From assembly GCA_963663165.1 (NCBI GenBank), contig OY760175.1, positions 4,448,001 through 4,512,000 on the forward strand: a DNA stretch of 64,000 nt. The letters are read 5' to 3'. The translations under genes and the position numbers were made by a program. Below the pieces are notes generated by a model, which was not told the origin of the DNA, ran no database searches, and saw only the letters and a list, made by a program, of their open reading frames with translations. Origin of the DNA: an uncultured Desulfospira sp. (GTDB lineage: Bacteria > Desulfobacterota > Desulfobacteria > Desulfobacterales > Desulfobacteraceae). Below are positions 8,922 through 16,663 of this stretch, piece by piece; positions within the stretch are counted from its first letter, which is position 1; every line of letters starts with the position of its first letter.

Positions 8922-10031
8922 TTAAACCAGTGAATGAAGGGTGTTTAATCCTTTCTCAGGATGACTGTTCTGGGCCGATACCCAGTTTTCCAGGGTTTCA
9001 AAGGCCCTGCCGTTTTCCAGGAGGCAGGCGGCCTGTTCAATGCCCTGGTCCAGGTCGTTGGCCTTGCCGGCGCAAAGCAAGATCAGGCCGGCATTGAGAA
9101 TGGCCGCATCTTTTCGGGCGCTGCTTTCCCTTCCGGCCATGAGCCTTGCAAATCGTTTCACCTCCCGGTCCATTTCAGGTTCCGGCCTTAAATCTTCACA
9201 GGATGAGGCGGCCAGTCCCAGGGGCCTGGGGTCAATGGTGAAACGCTTGATCTGTGCCTGGCCGGTTGTTTTATCGGTTGAGATTTCAGCGCAACGGGTC
9301 TGGCCGCAGACCGAAGCCTCATCCATGCCCTGTCCTGAACCGTCTACCCGTCCGTGAAGCACAATAGCCCGGGTATAGCCGATTTCTTTCATGACCTTGG
9401 CCACCGGCATGATCATTTCCTCAGCGTATACCCCCCGGACGCCAATGGACGGCAGGGCCGGGTTGGCCAGGGAGGCGGCAATGTTCAGGGTGGACCCGAA
9501 ATAAAGCTGGGAGAGAATCCGGCCCAGGGCATTGGGGTGAATCTTAGGGCTCATCCCGTTGAACAGCCCCAATCCGGCAGACTGGATGCTTTTGGCCACA
9601 GTCTGGGCGGAACACTCCACATCCACCCCTAAAGATTCGGCCATATCCACCGTGCCGCAGGTCGAGGTAATGGCCCGGGCCCCGTGCCGGGCCATGGGAA
9701 CGCCTCCTGCGGCGGCTATAATGGATGAGGCAGTGGAAATATTAAAGGTTTTAAAAGAGTCCATGCCGGTTCCGGAATTTTCCGCGACCGCCAGGTCCAG
9801 GGCTACTTTGGTGGTGTCCAACTCGTAAATGGCTTCCCAGGCCCCGGCCACTTCTTCAGCACTTTCGCCTTTGGCGGTAAGGGCGGCCAGAAAGGCCCCC
9901 TGCTGGATCTGGGTGGTGGCATTGCTGAGAATGGTGGAGAACGCCTCAAAGGCGGCTTCCCGGCTTAGATTTTCCTTGTTGATGAGGCGGGTGATGACAG
10001 CCCCAAAGGCCCTATCGGTTTTTATGGTCAT
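8922..10031 (-). CDS. Anthranilate phosphoribosyltransferase (TrpD)-like paralog, glycosyltransferase family 3
   Basis: GAFLAALTAKGESAEE, SGTGMD..TFNIST, RHGAR, GMDE motifs; GGAGG RBS; no other trp genes nearby. Confidence 0.85.
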   Translation of the reverse strand: MTIKTDRAFGAVITRLINKENLSREAAFEAFSTILSNATTQIQQGAFLAALTAKGESAEEVAGAWEAIYELDTTKVALDLAVAENSGTGMDSFKTFNISTASSIIAAAGGVPMARHGARAITSTCGTVDMAESLGVDVECSAQTVAKSIQSAGLGLFNGMSPKIHPNALGRILSQLYFGSTLNIAASLANPALPSIGVRGVYAEEMIMPVAKVMKEIGYTRAIVLHGRVDGSGQGMDEASVCGQTRCAEISTDKTTGQAQIKRFTIDPRPLGLAASSCEDLRPEPEMDREVKRFARLMAGRESSARKDAAILNAGLILLCAGKANDLDQGIEQAACLLENGRAFETLENWVSAQNSHPEKGLNTLHSLV

Positions 10032-10113
10032 AAGAATCCTCCAAATACTTCCCTGGTGTCGGGAAAATTATTCAACAGGACCTTATTCCAGCGGCAATCC
10101 TTTGGCGCTTTTT

Positions 10114-10376
10114 TGTCCGGGCAGGCTTTCCGGCTTGCGGATCACTCTAATTGCTGCACCTTCCCCTGAATTGAGCTATTAGCTTTTAGCCGTTAGCCAT
10201 TAGCTTTCGGCTAACGGCTAATGGTTTATAGCTAACAGCTTTTTCACAGAGTGGCATATTGCAGGTTTCGTCCCCGCTTACGGCAACGGCTGGTATGCAA
10301 CGGATTTTCACCGTTTTTCCTTTTACCCCGGATCCCGCTTTCAGTTAAAAAGCCGGGAAACCCAGGCACCCTGACA
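10114..10376 (-). ncRNA. Cobalamin (B12) riboswitch
   Basis: Minus strand: AGGGTGCC...TAAAAGGAAAAACGGTGAAAATCCGTTGC...GCCGTAA...GCCACT...GGGAAGG...AAGCCGGAAAGCCTGCC; P1 TGTCAGGG/CCCGGACA; upstream of the cobT-containing operon. Confidence 0.9.
10174..10240. repeat. Family A heptamer hairpin inside the riboswitch
   Basis: agctattagcttttagccgttagccattagc-tttcg-gctaacggctaatggtttatagctaacagct, near-perfect inverted repeat of GCTAAYR units. Confidence 0.85.
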
Positions 10377-10385
10377 GTGACGTAA

Positions 10386-10415
10386 ATTATAAGGATTACA
10401 AGGGGGTTTTGTCAA
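10386..10415 (-). promoter_or_regulatory. Sigma70 promoter for the riboswitch operon
   Basis: Minus strand TTGACA-N18-TATAAT, both hexamers perfect, ending about 10 nt before the riboswitch 5' end. Confidence 0.8.
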
Positions 10416-10445
10416 TCCCCTGACCGGATAATCGCAGATAATTTG

Positions 10446-10991
10446 TTACCGCCGCCCACCCCGTAAAAAACCGAAGACGGCACCGATACATCCGCCGGCC
10501 AGGTGGCCGAACTGGGAGATATTGTCGGTTTTAAAGATGTCGGTCAGCTCAGAGCCAATGTAAATGGCGGCAATAAGGATAAAGGTTAACGGGATCTCCC
10601 GGCTCCTGAAATTGGAAAAAGAACCCAGCAGGATCATCATAAACACCAGGCCGCTGCCGCCGATCAGGCTGGTGTGAAACAGGGCGGCATTGAATAACGC
10701 CGTTGCGGCCGCCGTGATGACAAACATTTCAAAGAGCCGCCAGGACCCGTATTTTTCCTCTAAAAGCGGGCCTAAAAGCAGGATGAAAATGATATTTCCT
10801 TTAAAATGAGTCCATCCGGCGTGGGCCAGGACATGGGTAAACAGCCTGATGTAAAACTTCGGGTCTGAAAAGGCCATGTGGGAAGGGGAGGAAAGGCTCA
10901 GTCCCGTAAAATTTGAAACCGGCAGCAGCAGGCAGATCAGGGCCAGAATGCCGTAGGTAAGAATAACAGGGGAGTTGTATCTGATTTTCAT
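10446..10991 (-). CDS. Rhomboid family intramembrane serine protease
   Basis: FTHVLAHAGWTHFKGN, LEEKYGS, GGSG catalytic Ser, GHLAG catalytic His; AGGAGG RBS. Confidence 0.9.
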   Translation of the reverse strand: MKIRYNSPVILTYGILALICLLLPVSNFTGLSLSSPSHMAFSDPKFYIRLFTHVLAHAGWTHFKGNIIFILLLGPLLEEKYGSWRLFEMFVITAAATALFNAALFHTSLIGGSGLVFMMILLGSFSNFRSREIPLTFILIAAIYIGSELTDIFKTDNISQFGHLAGGCIGAVFGFLRGGRR

Positions 10992-11226
10992 ATCCGCCTC
11001 CTTAAATCAGGTTTTACAAGGGGATCTTGAGCAAACATGGTTTTGTTTTTCGTATTTTGGGCTTTAAATAAAAGCCAAAACGCCTCTGACAGTCCGTCCT
11101 GAGGGTTATACCCGGGCAAACCGGCCCGGTCAACCCTGATTCGCCATGTTTCCAGGACAGGGCCATCACATGTAAAAAAACAATCCATCCTGGAATGGGG
11201 GAATAAGGATACCGCCAATAAAACGT

Positions 11227-11319
11227 AAGGAGACCGGAGGAAAGGAGACCGCAGACCGGAATGCGAAACCCCTAAGGATGCGCGATCCGGTCTCCCGTCT
11301 CCTTTCCTCCGGTTTCCTT
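11227..11319. repeat. Long inverted-repeat hairpin (GGAGACC/GGAGGAA units)
   Basis: aaggagaccggaggaaaggagac...gtctcctttcctccggtttcctt followed by a T-run, in the rhomboid/panB divergent spacer. Confidence 0.7.
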
Positions 11320-11488
11320 TTTTTATTTATTATCCTTATCATCGAAATCGACATCACCAGCAGGCAAGTTACATGCGATCACCCTTTTTCCGGGACAGAC
11401 AGCCTTGAAACTTAACGGATTTTGATTTAGTGTAGTCACGCATCAATGTCCGCTTGTTTATAAATTTTTAGTCAAAGGAGAGTGCCCC

Positions 11489-12280
11489 ATGCCGGCCCGC
11501 GTCACCACGTCAAGTTTGATGAAAATGAAACAGGAAGGGAAAAAAATTACCGCCCTGACCGCATATGACTATCCTTTTGCCTCTTTGCTGGACCAGGCCG
11601 GGATCGACATGATCCTGGTGGGGGATTCTTTGGGGATGGTGGTTCAGGGAAAAGAGACCACCCTGCCCGTTACCATGGATGAGATGATCTACCATACGGC
11701 CATGGTGTCACGGGCCTGCCAATACTCAATGGTGGTGGGGGATATGCCGTTTATGTCCTATCAGGTCTCGTTGGACAAAGCTGTTGAAAATGCAGGACGG
11801 ATCATCAAGGAAGGTCTCGCCCAGGCCGTAAAGCTTGAAGGCGGGGCCGATGTCTGCCCGGCCATTAATGCCATGGCAAAGGCCGGGATTCCGGTTCAGG
11901 CCCATATCGGCCTGACCCCCCAGTCGGTCCACCAGATGGGCGGGTTCAAGGTCCAGAGGGATGAAGAGCGCCTGTTAAAGGATGCTAAGGATGTGGAAAA
12001 TGCCGGGGCTTTTTCCGTTGTTTTGGAAGGGATTCCATCCCCCATCGCCGCAAAGATCACCCAGGCCCTGGCCATCCCCACTATTGGTATCGGGGCAGGG
12101 GCCGGATGTGACGGGCAGATCCTGGTTCTTCACGACATGCTGGGCATCAATGACCGGTTTTTGCCCAAGTTTGTCAAAAAGTATGCGGACCTGGCCATTG
12201 AGGCCAAAAAAGGTGTGGCCGCCTACATTGAAGAGGTCAGGCAGGGAACCTTTCCCTCTGAAGATTATGAATACAAATAA
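11489..12280 (+). CDS. panB: 3-methyl-2-oxobutanoate hydroxymethyltransferase
   Basis: [41 protein letters not shown]. Confidence 0.97.
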   Translation: MPARVTTSSLMKMKQEGKKITALTAYDYPFASLLDQAGIDMILVGDSLGMVVQGKETTLPVTMDEMIYHTAMVSRACQYSMVVGDMPFMSYQVSLDKAVENAGRIIKEGLAQAVKLEGGADVCPAINAMAKAGIPVQAHIGLTPQSVHQMGGFKVQRDEERLLKDAKDVENAGAFSVVLEGIPSPIAAKITQALAIPTIGIGAGAGCDGQILVLHDMLGINDRFLPKFVKKYADLAIEAKKGVAAYIEEVRQGTFPSEDYEYK

Positions 12281-13163
12281 CCTTTCCTTTACCATTATCG
12301 GATGCGGCCGCCTGGGAACCAACCTGGCGGCTTTTCTGGCCCAGAATGGATTTGTGCCGGCGGCCCTGTGCAGCAAAACCGAACAGTCTGCCCGCCGGGC
12401 TGTCCAGGCGGCGGGCGCAGGCAAGGTGGTGGATGACCCCATTGAAGCGGCCCGGACCTCTAACCTTATTTTTATCACCACCCCGGATACGGTCATTGAG
12501 TCTTTGTGTGGCCATATGGCTTCAAAGGGCGGATTTGGACCGGACTCTATTGTCTTTCACCTTTCAGGGGCCCTGCCGTCCAGTATTCTGGATTCAGCCG
12601 GAAAGGTCGGGGCCGGTATCGGGTCCATCCATCCCCTCCAGGCCTTTGCCCCTTACAAACCGGGGCAGGCATCCCCGTTTAAAGGAATTAACATCTCACT
12701 GGAAGGCAGTGAGAGAGCGGTCAGCCTGGGCAAAGAGATTGTCAACAGCCTTGGGGCCAATTACTTCACTATTCCCACCCGGGCCAAGGTCCTTTACCAT
12801 GCATCGGCTGTGGCTGCTTCCAATTATCTGGTAACCCTGGAGCATTTTGCCCTTTGCCTTTTGATGGAAACCGGGCTTCCCGAAAGCCGGGCCTATGAAA
12901 TTCTGGAACCGTTGATTCAGGGAACCTTGAAAAACATTAAAGCCCGGGGCAGCGTGAATGCGCTGACCGGCCCCGTGGCCAGGGGGGATGATGATATCAT
13001 TGCCCGGCACCTGGCCGATATCGACGAAAAAATGCCACGATTTTCAGATCTGTACAGACTCTTGGGACGACATACCCTGGATATCGCCGGCCAGAGAGGA
13101 GAGATTTCTCAACAGGCTATGGACAGGCTTTCCCGCTTGTTTAGTTCTGAAAAAGCGCATTGA
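12267..13163 (+). CDS. Rossmann-like/DUF2520 oxidoreductase, probable PanG-type ketopantoate reductase
   Basis: [41 protein letters not shown]; start overlaps the panB 3' end. Confidence 0.85.
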   Translation: MNTNNLSFTIIGCGRLGTNLAAFLAQNGFVPAALCSKTEQSARRAVQAAGAGKVVDDPIEAARTSNLIFITTPDTVIESLCGHMASKGGFGPDSIVFHLSGALPSSILDSAGKVGAGIGSIHPLQAFAPYKPGQASPFKGINISLEGSERAVSLGKEIVNSLGANYFTIPTRAKVLYHASAVAASNYLVTLEHFALCLLMETGLPESRAYEILEPLIQGTLKNIKARGSVNALTGPVARGDDDIIARHLADIDEKMPRFSDLYRLLGRHTLDIAGQRGEISQQAMDRLSRLFSSEKAH

Positions 13164-13300
13164 TCTGCGTTTTTGCTACTTCAGGAGCCGTAAAAACGCT
13201 GCGGTTTTTGAAATGAGATGGGACACGGACCGAATATTCAGCAGGCGCTGGATTTCGTCGCATAGGGATTATCAATTCTTTTTTACGTCGCGTATGCAAA

Positions 13301-13371
13301 TAATCAATTTGATTAGTTGGCCGGTCTTCATCTATGAGTGGTAAAGGGAGAATTATGATATGAAATCATAA
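13301..13371. promoter_or_regulatory. Palindromic operator candidates upstream of the hydrogenase operon
   Basis: TAATCAA-T-TTGATTA (13301-13315) and TTATGAT-N5-ATCATAA (13353-13371). Confidence 0.45.
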
Positions 13372-13390
13372 GTATACCAATGGAGGTGCT

Positions 13391-14332
13391 ATGCAAAAAG
13401 AGTCTAAAAAAACGTTTTACGAAAAGTTGGAAGCAAAAGGGGTCTCAAGAAGGGATTTCCTCAAGTACTGTACTGCCCTTACCGCTACCATGGGATTGTC
13501 CTACTCCTGTGTGGGCAAGGTCGCCGAGCAGATTGAACAGGCCGCAGCAACCCGGCCGCCTGTGGTCTGGCTGCATTTCAGTGAATGCACCGGCTGTTCG
13601 GAAGCCTTCCTGAGGACACCGGATGTGGGGGGCATTATCCTTGAAACCATTTCAGTTGAGTACCATGAAACCATCATGGCCGCAGCCGGCCATCAGGCCG
13701 AAAAGAACCTGCATGACGCCGTTGAAAAGTACACCGGTAAATTCGTATGTGTCGTGGAAGGCGCTATTGCCACCAATTACAACGGGGCCTACGGCAAAGT
13801 TGCCGGCAGAACTTTCCTGGAAATCGCCAAGGATGTCGTGCCCAAGGCCGCGGCAACCATCTGTCTGGGAACCTGTGCCTGTTACGGCGGCGTAGCGGCA
13901 GCCGCTCCCAACCCGGGTGGATACAAGGGCGTGGGTGATGCGCTGGGCATCTCCCCCATCAACCTCCCCGGTTGTCCCACCAATCCCCTTAACCTGCTGG
14001 GGACCATTCTCAAATACCTGAACAATGAAGCCATGGAGCTGGACGATTACGGCAGGCCCATGTTCGCCTATGGCGAGACGGTTCACGACAACTGCCCCCG
14101 GCTTAAGCATTACGAAGAAGGCAATTTTGTTGAAGAATTCGGGTCCAAGGAAGCTGAAATGGGCTACTGTCTTTACCAGATGGGCTGTAAAGGGCCTGAA
14201 ACCTATAATAACTGTCCTACTGCAAAATTTAATGATGCCACCAGCTTTCCCATCCAGGCCGGCCATCCCTGCATCGGATGCAGCGAGCCTGACTTCTGGG
14301 ACAGCATGACACCGTTTTACGAAGAATCTTAA
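13391..14332 (+). CDS. Periplasmic [NiFe] hydrogenase small subunit
   Basis: Tat signal SRRDFLKYC; ECTGCSE, GTCACYGG, LPGCP, HDNCPR, CLYQMGCKGP, HPCIGCSEPDFWD; no C-terminal membrane anchor. Confidence 0.96.
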   Translation: MQKESKKTFYEKLEAKGVSRRDFLKYCTALTATMGLSYSCVGKVAEQIEQAAATRPPVVWLHFSECTGCSEAFLRTPDVGGIILETISVEYHETIMAAAGHQAEKNLHDAVEKYTGKFVCVVEGAIATNYNGAYGKVAGRTFLEIAKDVVPKAAATICLGTCACYGGVAAAAPNPGGYKGVGDALGISPINLPGCPTNPLNLLGTILKYLNNEAMELDDYGRPMFAYGETVHDNCPRLKHYEEGNFVEEFGSKEAEMGYCLYQMGCKGPETYNNCPTAKFNDATSFPIQAGHPCIGCSEPDFWDSMTPFYEES

Positions 14333-14337
14333 CCGCC

Positions 14338-14404
14338 ACTGACGGCTAACGATTAACAGTTAAAAGCTAATGGCTGACGGCTAACCGTTAAAAGCCAACA
14401 GCTT
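14338..14404 (+). repeat. Family A heptamer tandem array (about 9 units)
   Basis: actgacg gctaacg attaaca gttaaaa gctaatg gctgacg gctaacc gttaaaa gccaaca, just before the large-subunit RBS. Confidence 0.8.
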
Positions 14405-14420
14405 ACGAAAGGATATTATT

Positions 14421-16058
14421 ATGGGTAAAAGAATTATTGTTGACCCGATTACCAGAATCGAGGGTCATTTGAGAATCGAAGTTGAAGTTGAAAACGGCAA
14501 AGTCAAGGATGCCTGGAGTTCAGGGCAGATGTTCCGGGGTATTGAGATGATGCTCCAGGGCCGGGATCCTCAGGATGCCCACCATTTTGTACAAAGGTCC
14601 TGCGGGGTCTGTACCTATATTCATGCCCTTTCTTCTGTCAGGGCTGTGGAAGATGCCTGTAACATTGAAATCCCTGAGAATGCCCGAATTATCCGGAACC
14701 TGCTTCACGGGGCCCAGTACCAGCATGACCATATTGTTCATTTTTATCACCTCCACGCCCTGGACTGGGTGGATATTGTCAGCGCCCTGTCAGCAGATCC
14801 GGTTAAAACCGCTAAACTTTCGGAAAATGTGTCCGGACGTCCCCAGAGTTCAGAATATTTCAAAACGGTTCAGACCAAGCTGACAACCTTTGTCAACAGC
14901 GGTCAGCTCGGCCCGTTTAACAACGCTTACTGGGGCCACTCCGCCTATCAGCTGCCGGCAGAAGCCAATCTCATGGCGGCTTCCCATTACCTGGAAGGCA
15001 TCAAACTCCAGGCCAAAGCCGCCCGGATGCATGCCATTTTCGGCGGCAAAAACCCCCATCCCCAGTCCCTGGTGGTGGGCGGTGTCACCTGTGTGGGCGA
15101 CCTGACCCCGGAAAGAATTGATGAGTTCGTGGATATCTGGAAAGAAACCAAAGCCTTTGTGGACGAAGTGTATCTGCCGGATCTCCTGGCCGTGGCCTCT
15201 TTTTATAAAAATTGGGGCGCCATTGGCGGAAACAACGACACCTTCCTGGCTTATGGCGACTTCCCCCAGAAAAATATCAATGACGACCTGCTGCTTCCCA
15301 GCGGGGTTCTTTTAGGAGACCTTAGCCCCAAAGCCGTGGATACTCAAAAAATCACTGAGGACGTTACCCGGTCCTGGTATGAAGACGGCAGCGCCAAACA
15401 TCCCTATGAGGGGGAAACCAAGCCCATCAAGGGTGAAGTGACCTACAACACGGAGGATAAGTACTCCTGGATAAAAGCCCCCCGGTATGCGGGCAAATCT
15501 GCTGAAGTCGGCCCCCTTTCAAGGGTTCTCGTGGCCTATACCAGCGGCCAGGAACACGTAAAGAAACTGGTGGACCATACCCTTAAAACCCTGGACGTGA
15601 AAACCGATGCCCTGTTCTCCACCCTGGGCAGAACCGCTGCCCGGGCCATTGAAACCGTGGTGGTCGGTGATGCCATGGAAGGATGGATTGATACCCTTAA
15701 ATCCAACATTTCTGCGGGCAACAAAAAGACCTACCAGTCCTGGACCATGCCGGACAAGGGCAGGGGATACGGCCTCAATGATGTTCCCCGGGGCGCTCTG
15801 GGCCACTGGATCGATATTGAGGGCGGCAAGATCAAAAATTACCAGTACGTGGTTCCCTCCACCTGGAACCTTGGTCCCAGCGACGCCTCAAATCAGAAAG
15901 GGCCTGTGGAAAGCTCTTTGATCGGCACCCCCATTGCCGATCCCCAAAAGCCCCTGGAAGTGTTGAGAACCGTCCATTCCTACGATCCGTGCATTGCCTG
16001 TGCCATACACGTGATTGATCCGCATACTAACGAAACCTATAAGGTAAGAGTGATATAG
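14421..16058 (+). CDS. Periplasmic [NiFe] hydrogenase large subunit (group 1)
   Basis: DPITRIEGH, RSCGVC, DPCIACAIH followed by a cleavable C-terminal tail; Cys, not Sec. Confidence 0.97.
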   Translation: MGKRIIVDPITRIEGHLRIEVEVENGKVKDAWSSGQMFRGIEMMLQGRDPQDAHHFVQRSCGVCTYIHALSSVRAVEDACNIEIPENARIIRNLLHGAQYQHDHIVHFYHLHALDWVDIVSALSADPVKTAKLSENVSGRPQSSEYFKTVQTKLTTFVNSGQLGPFNNAYWGHSAYQLPAEANLMAASHYLEGIKLQAKAARMHAIFGGKNPHPQSLVVGGVTCVGDLTPERIDEFVDIWKETKAFVDEVYLPDLLAVASFYKNWGAIGGNNDTFLAYGDFPQKNINDDLLLPSGVLLGDLSPKAVDTQKITEDVTRSWYEDGSAKHPYEGETKPIKGEVTYNTEDKYSWIKAPRYAGKSAEVGPLSRVLVAYTSGQEHVKKLVDHTLKTLDVKTDALFSTLGRTAARAIETVVVGDAMEGWIDTLKSNISAGNKKTYQSWTMPDKGRGYGLNDVPRGALGHWIDIEGGKIKNYQYVVPSTWNLGPSDASNQKGPVESSLIGTPIADPQKPLEVLRTVHSYDPCIACAIHVIDPHTNETYKVRVI

Positions 16059-16146
16059 GTTGATAGACTGAAGGCTGAAGGTGGATAGACTTAAAGGATG
16101 ATCAGAGCACTGACTTCCTTCAGCCTAAACACCTTCAGTCTAAACC
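16058..16146. repeat. Family B inverted repeat (AGACTGAAGGCTGAAGG / CCTTCAGCCTA)
   Basis: ggttgatagactgaaggctgaaggtggatagac...ccttcagcctaaacaccttcagtctaaacc. Confidence 0.85.
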
Positions 16147-16159
16147 CCTAAAGAAGATT

Positions 16160-16663
16160 ATGAATGACAATATTACCGTTCTTGGCGTGGGCAACATCCT
16201 TTACAGTGATGACGGCGTGGGCGTGCGCGTGGTTGAAGCGCTCATGGCGGCATACGAATTTTCAGACAACGTTTCCGTGGTGGACGGCGGGGTTTTGGGA
16301 ATCAACCTGCTGGGGGTGATTTCCAGTGCCGGCCGGCTCATTGTGGTGGATACGGTGTTAAATCATGGAAAGCCCGGTGATTTTCACCGTCTGGAACATG
16401 ACCAGATCCCGGACCGGATTCTGGCCAAGAACTCCCTTCACCAGGTGGACCTGATTGAGGCCCTGACCCTGTGCAAAGCCCTGGACCATGTGCCCCGGAC
16501 CACCATCATCGGCATTGAGCCTGAAGACTTAAATACCCTAAGCGACAAGCTGACCCCAACCATCCAGAACAAACTGGAAGAACTGACCCAAAAAGTCCTG
16601 GAGGAAGTCGGTAAACTCGGGGGCTCCTACACGCCTAAAAACGGGCAGCCTAAATCTTGTTGA
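16160..16663 (+). CDS. Hydrogenase maturation protease (HyaD/HybD family)
   Basis: VLGVGNILYSDDGVG, VDGG, SLHQ, IGIEP. Confidence 0.95.
   Translation: MNDNITVLGVGNILYSDDGVGVRVVEALMAAYEFSDNVSVVDGGVLGINLLGVISSAGRLIVVDTVLNHGKPGDFHRLEHDQIPDRILAKNSLHQVDLIEALTLCKALDHVPRTTIIGIEPEDLNTLSDKLTPTIQNKLEELTQKVLEEVGKLGGSYTPKNGQPKSC

Noticed and set aside
10988..11460. Short ORFs or a known ncRNA (6S, c-di-GMP riboswitch) between rhomboid and panB
   Set aside because: Hairpins exist but the diagnostic motifs are incomplete; the ORFs lack RBS support and partly translate the inverted repeat
11982..12266. N-terminal extension of the DUF2520 ORF in the track
   Set aside because: It is an alternate frame inside panB; the Rossmann motif starts just after ATG 12267
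15970..16058. [NiFeSe] hydrogenase or selenocysteine recoding
   Set aside because: The C-terminal motif reads DPCIAC with Cys codons; no in-frame TGA
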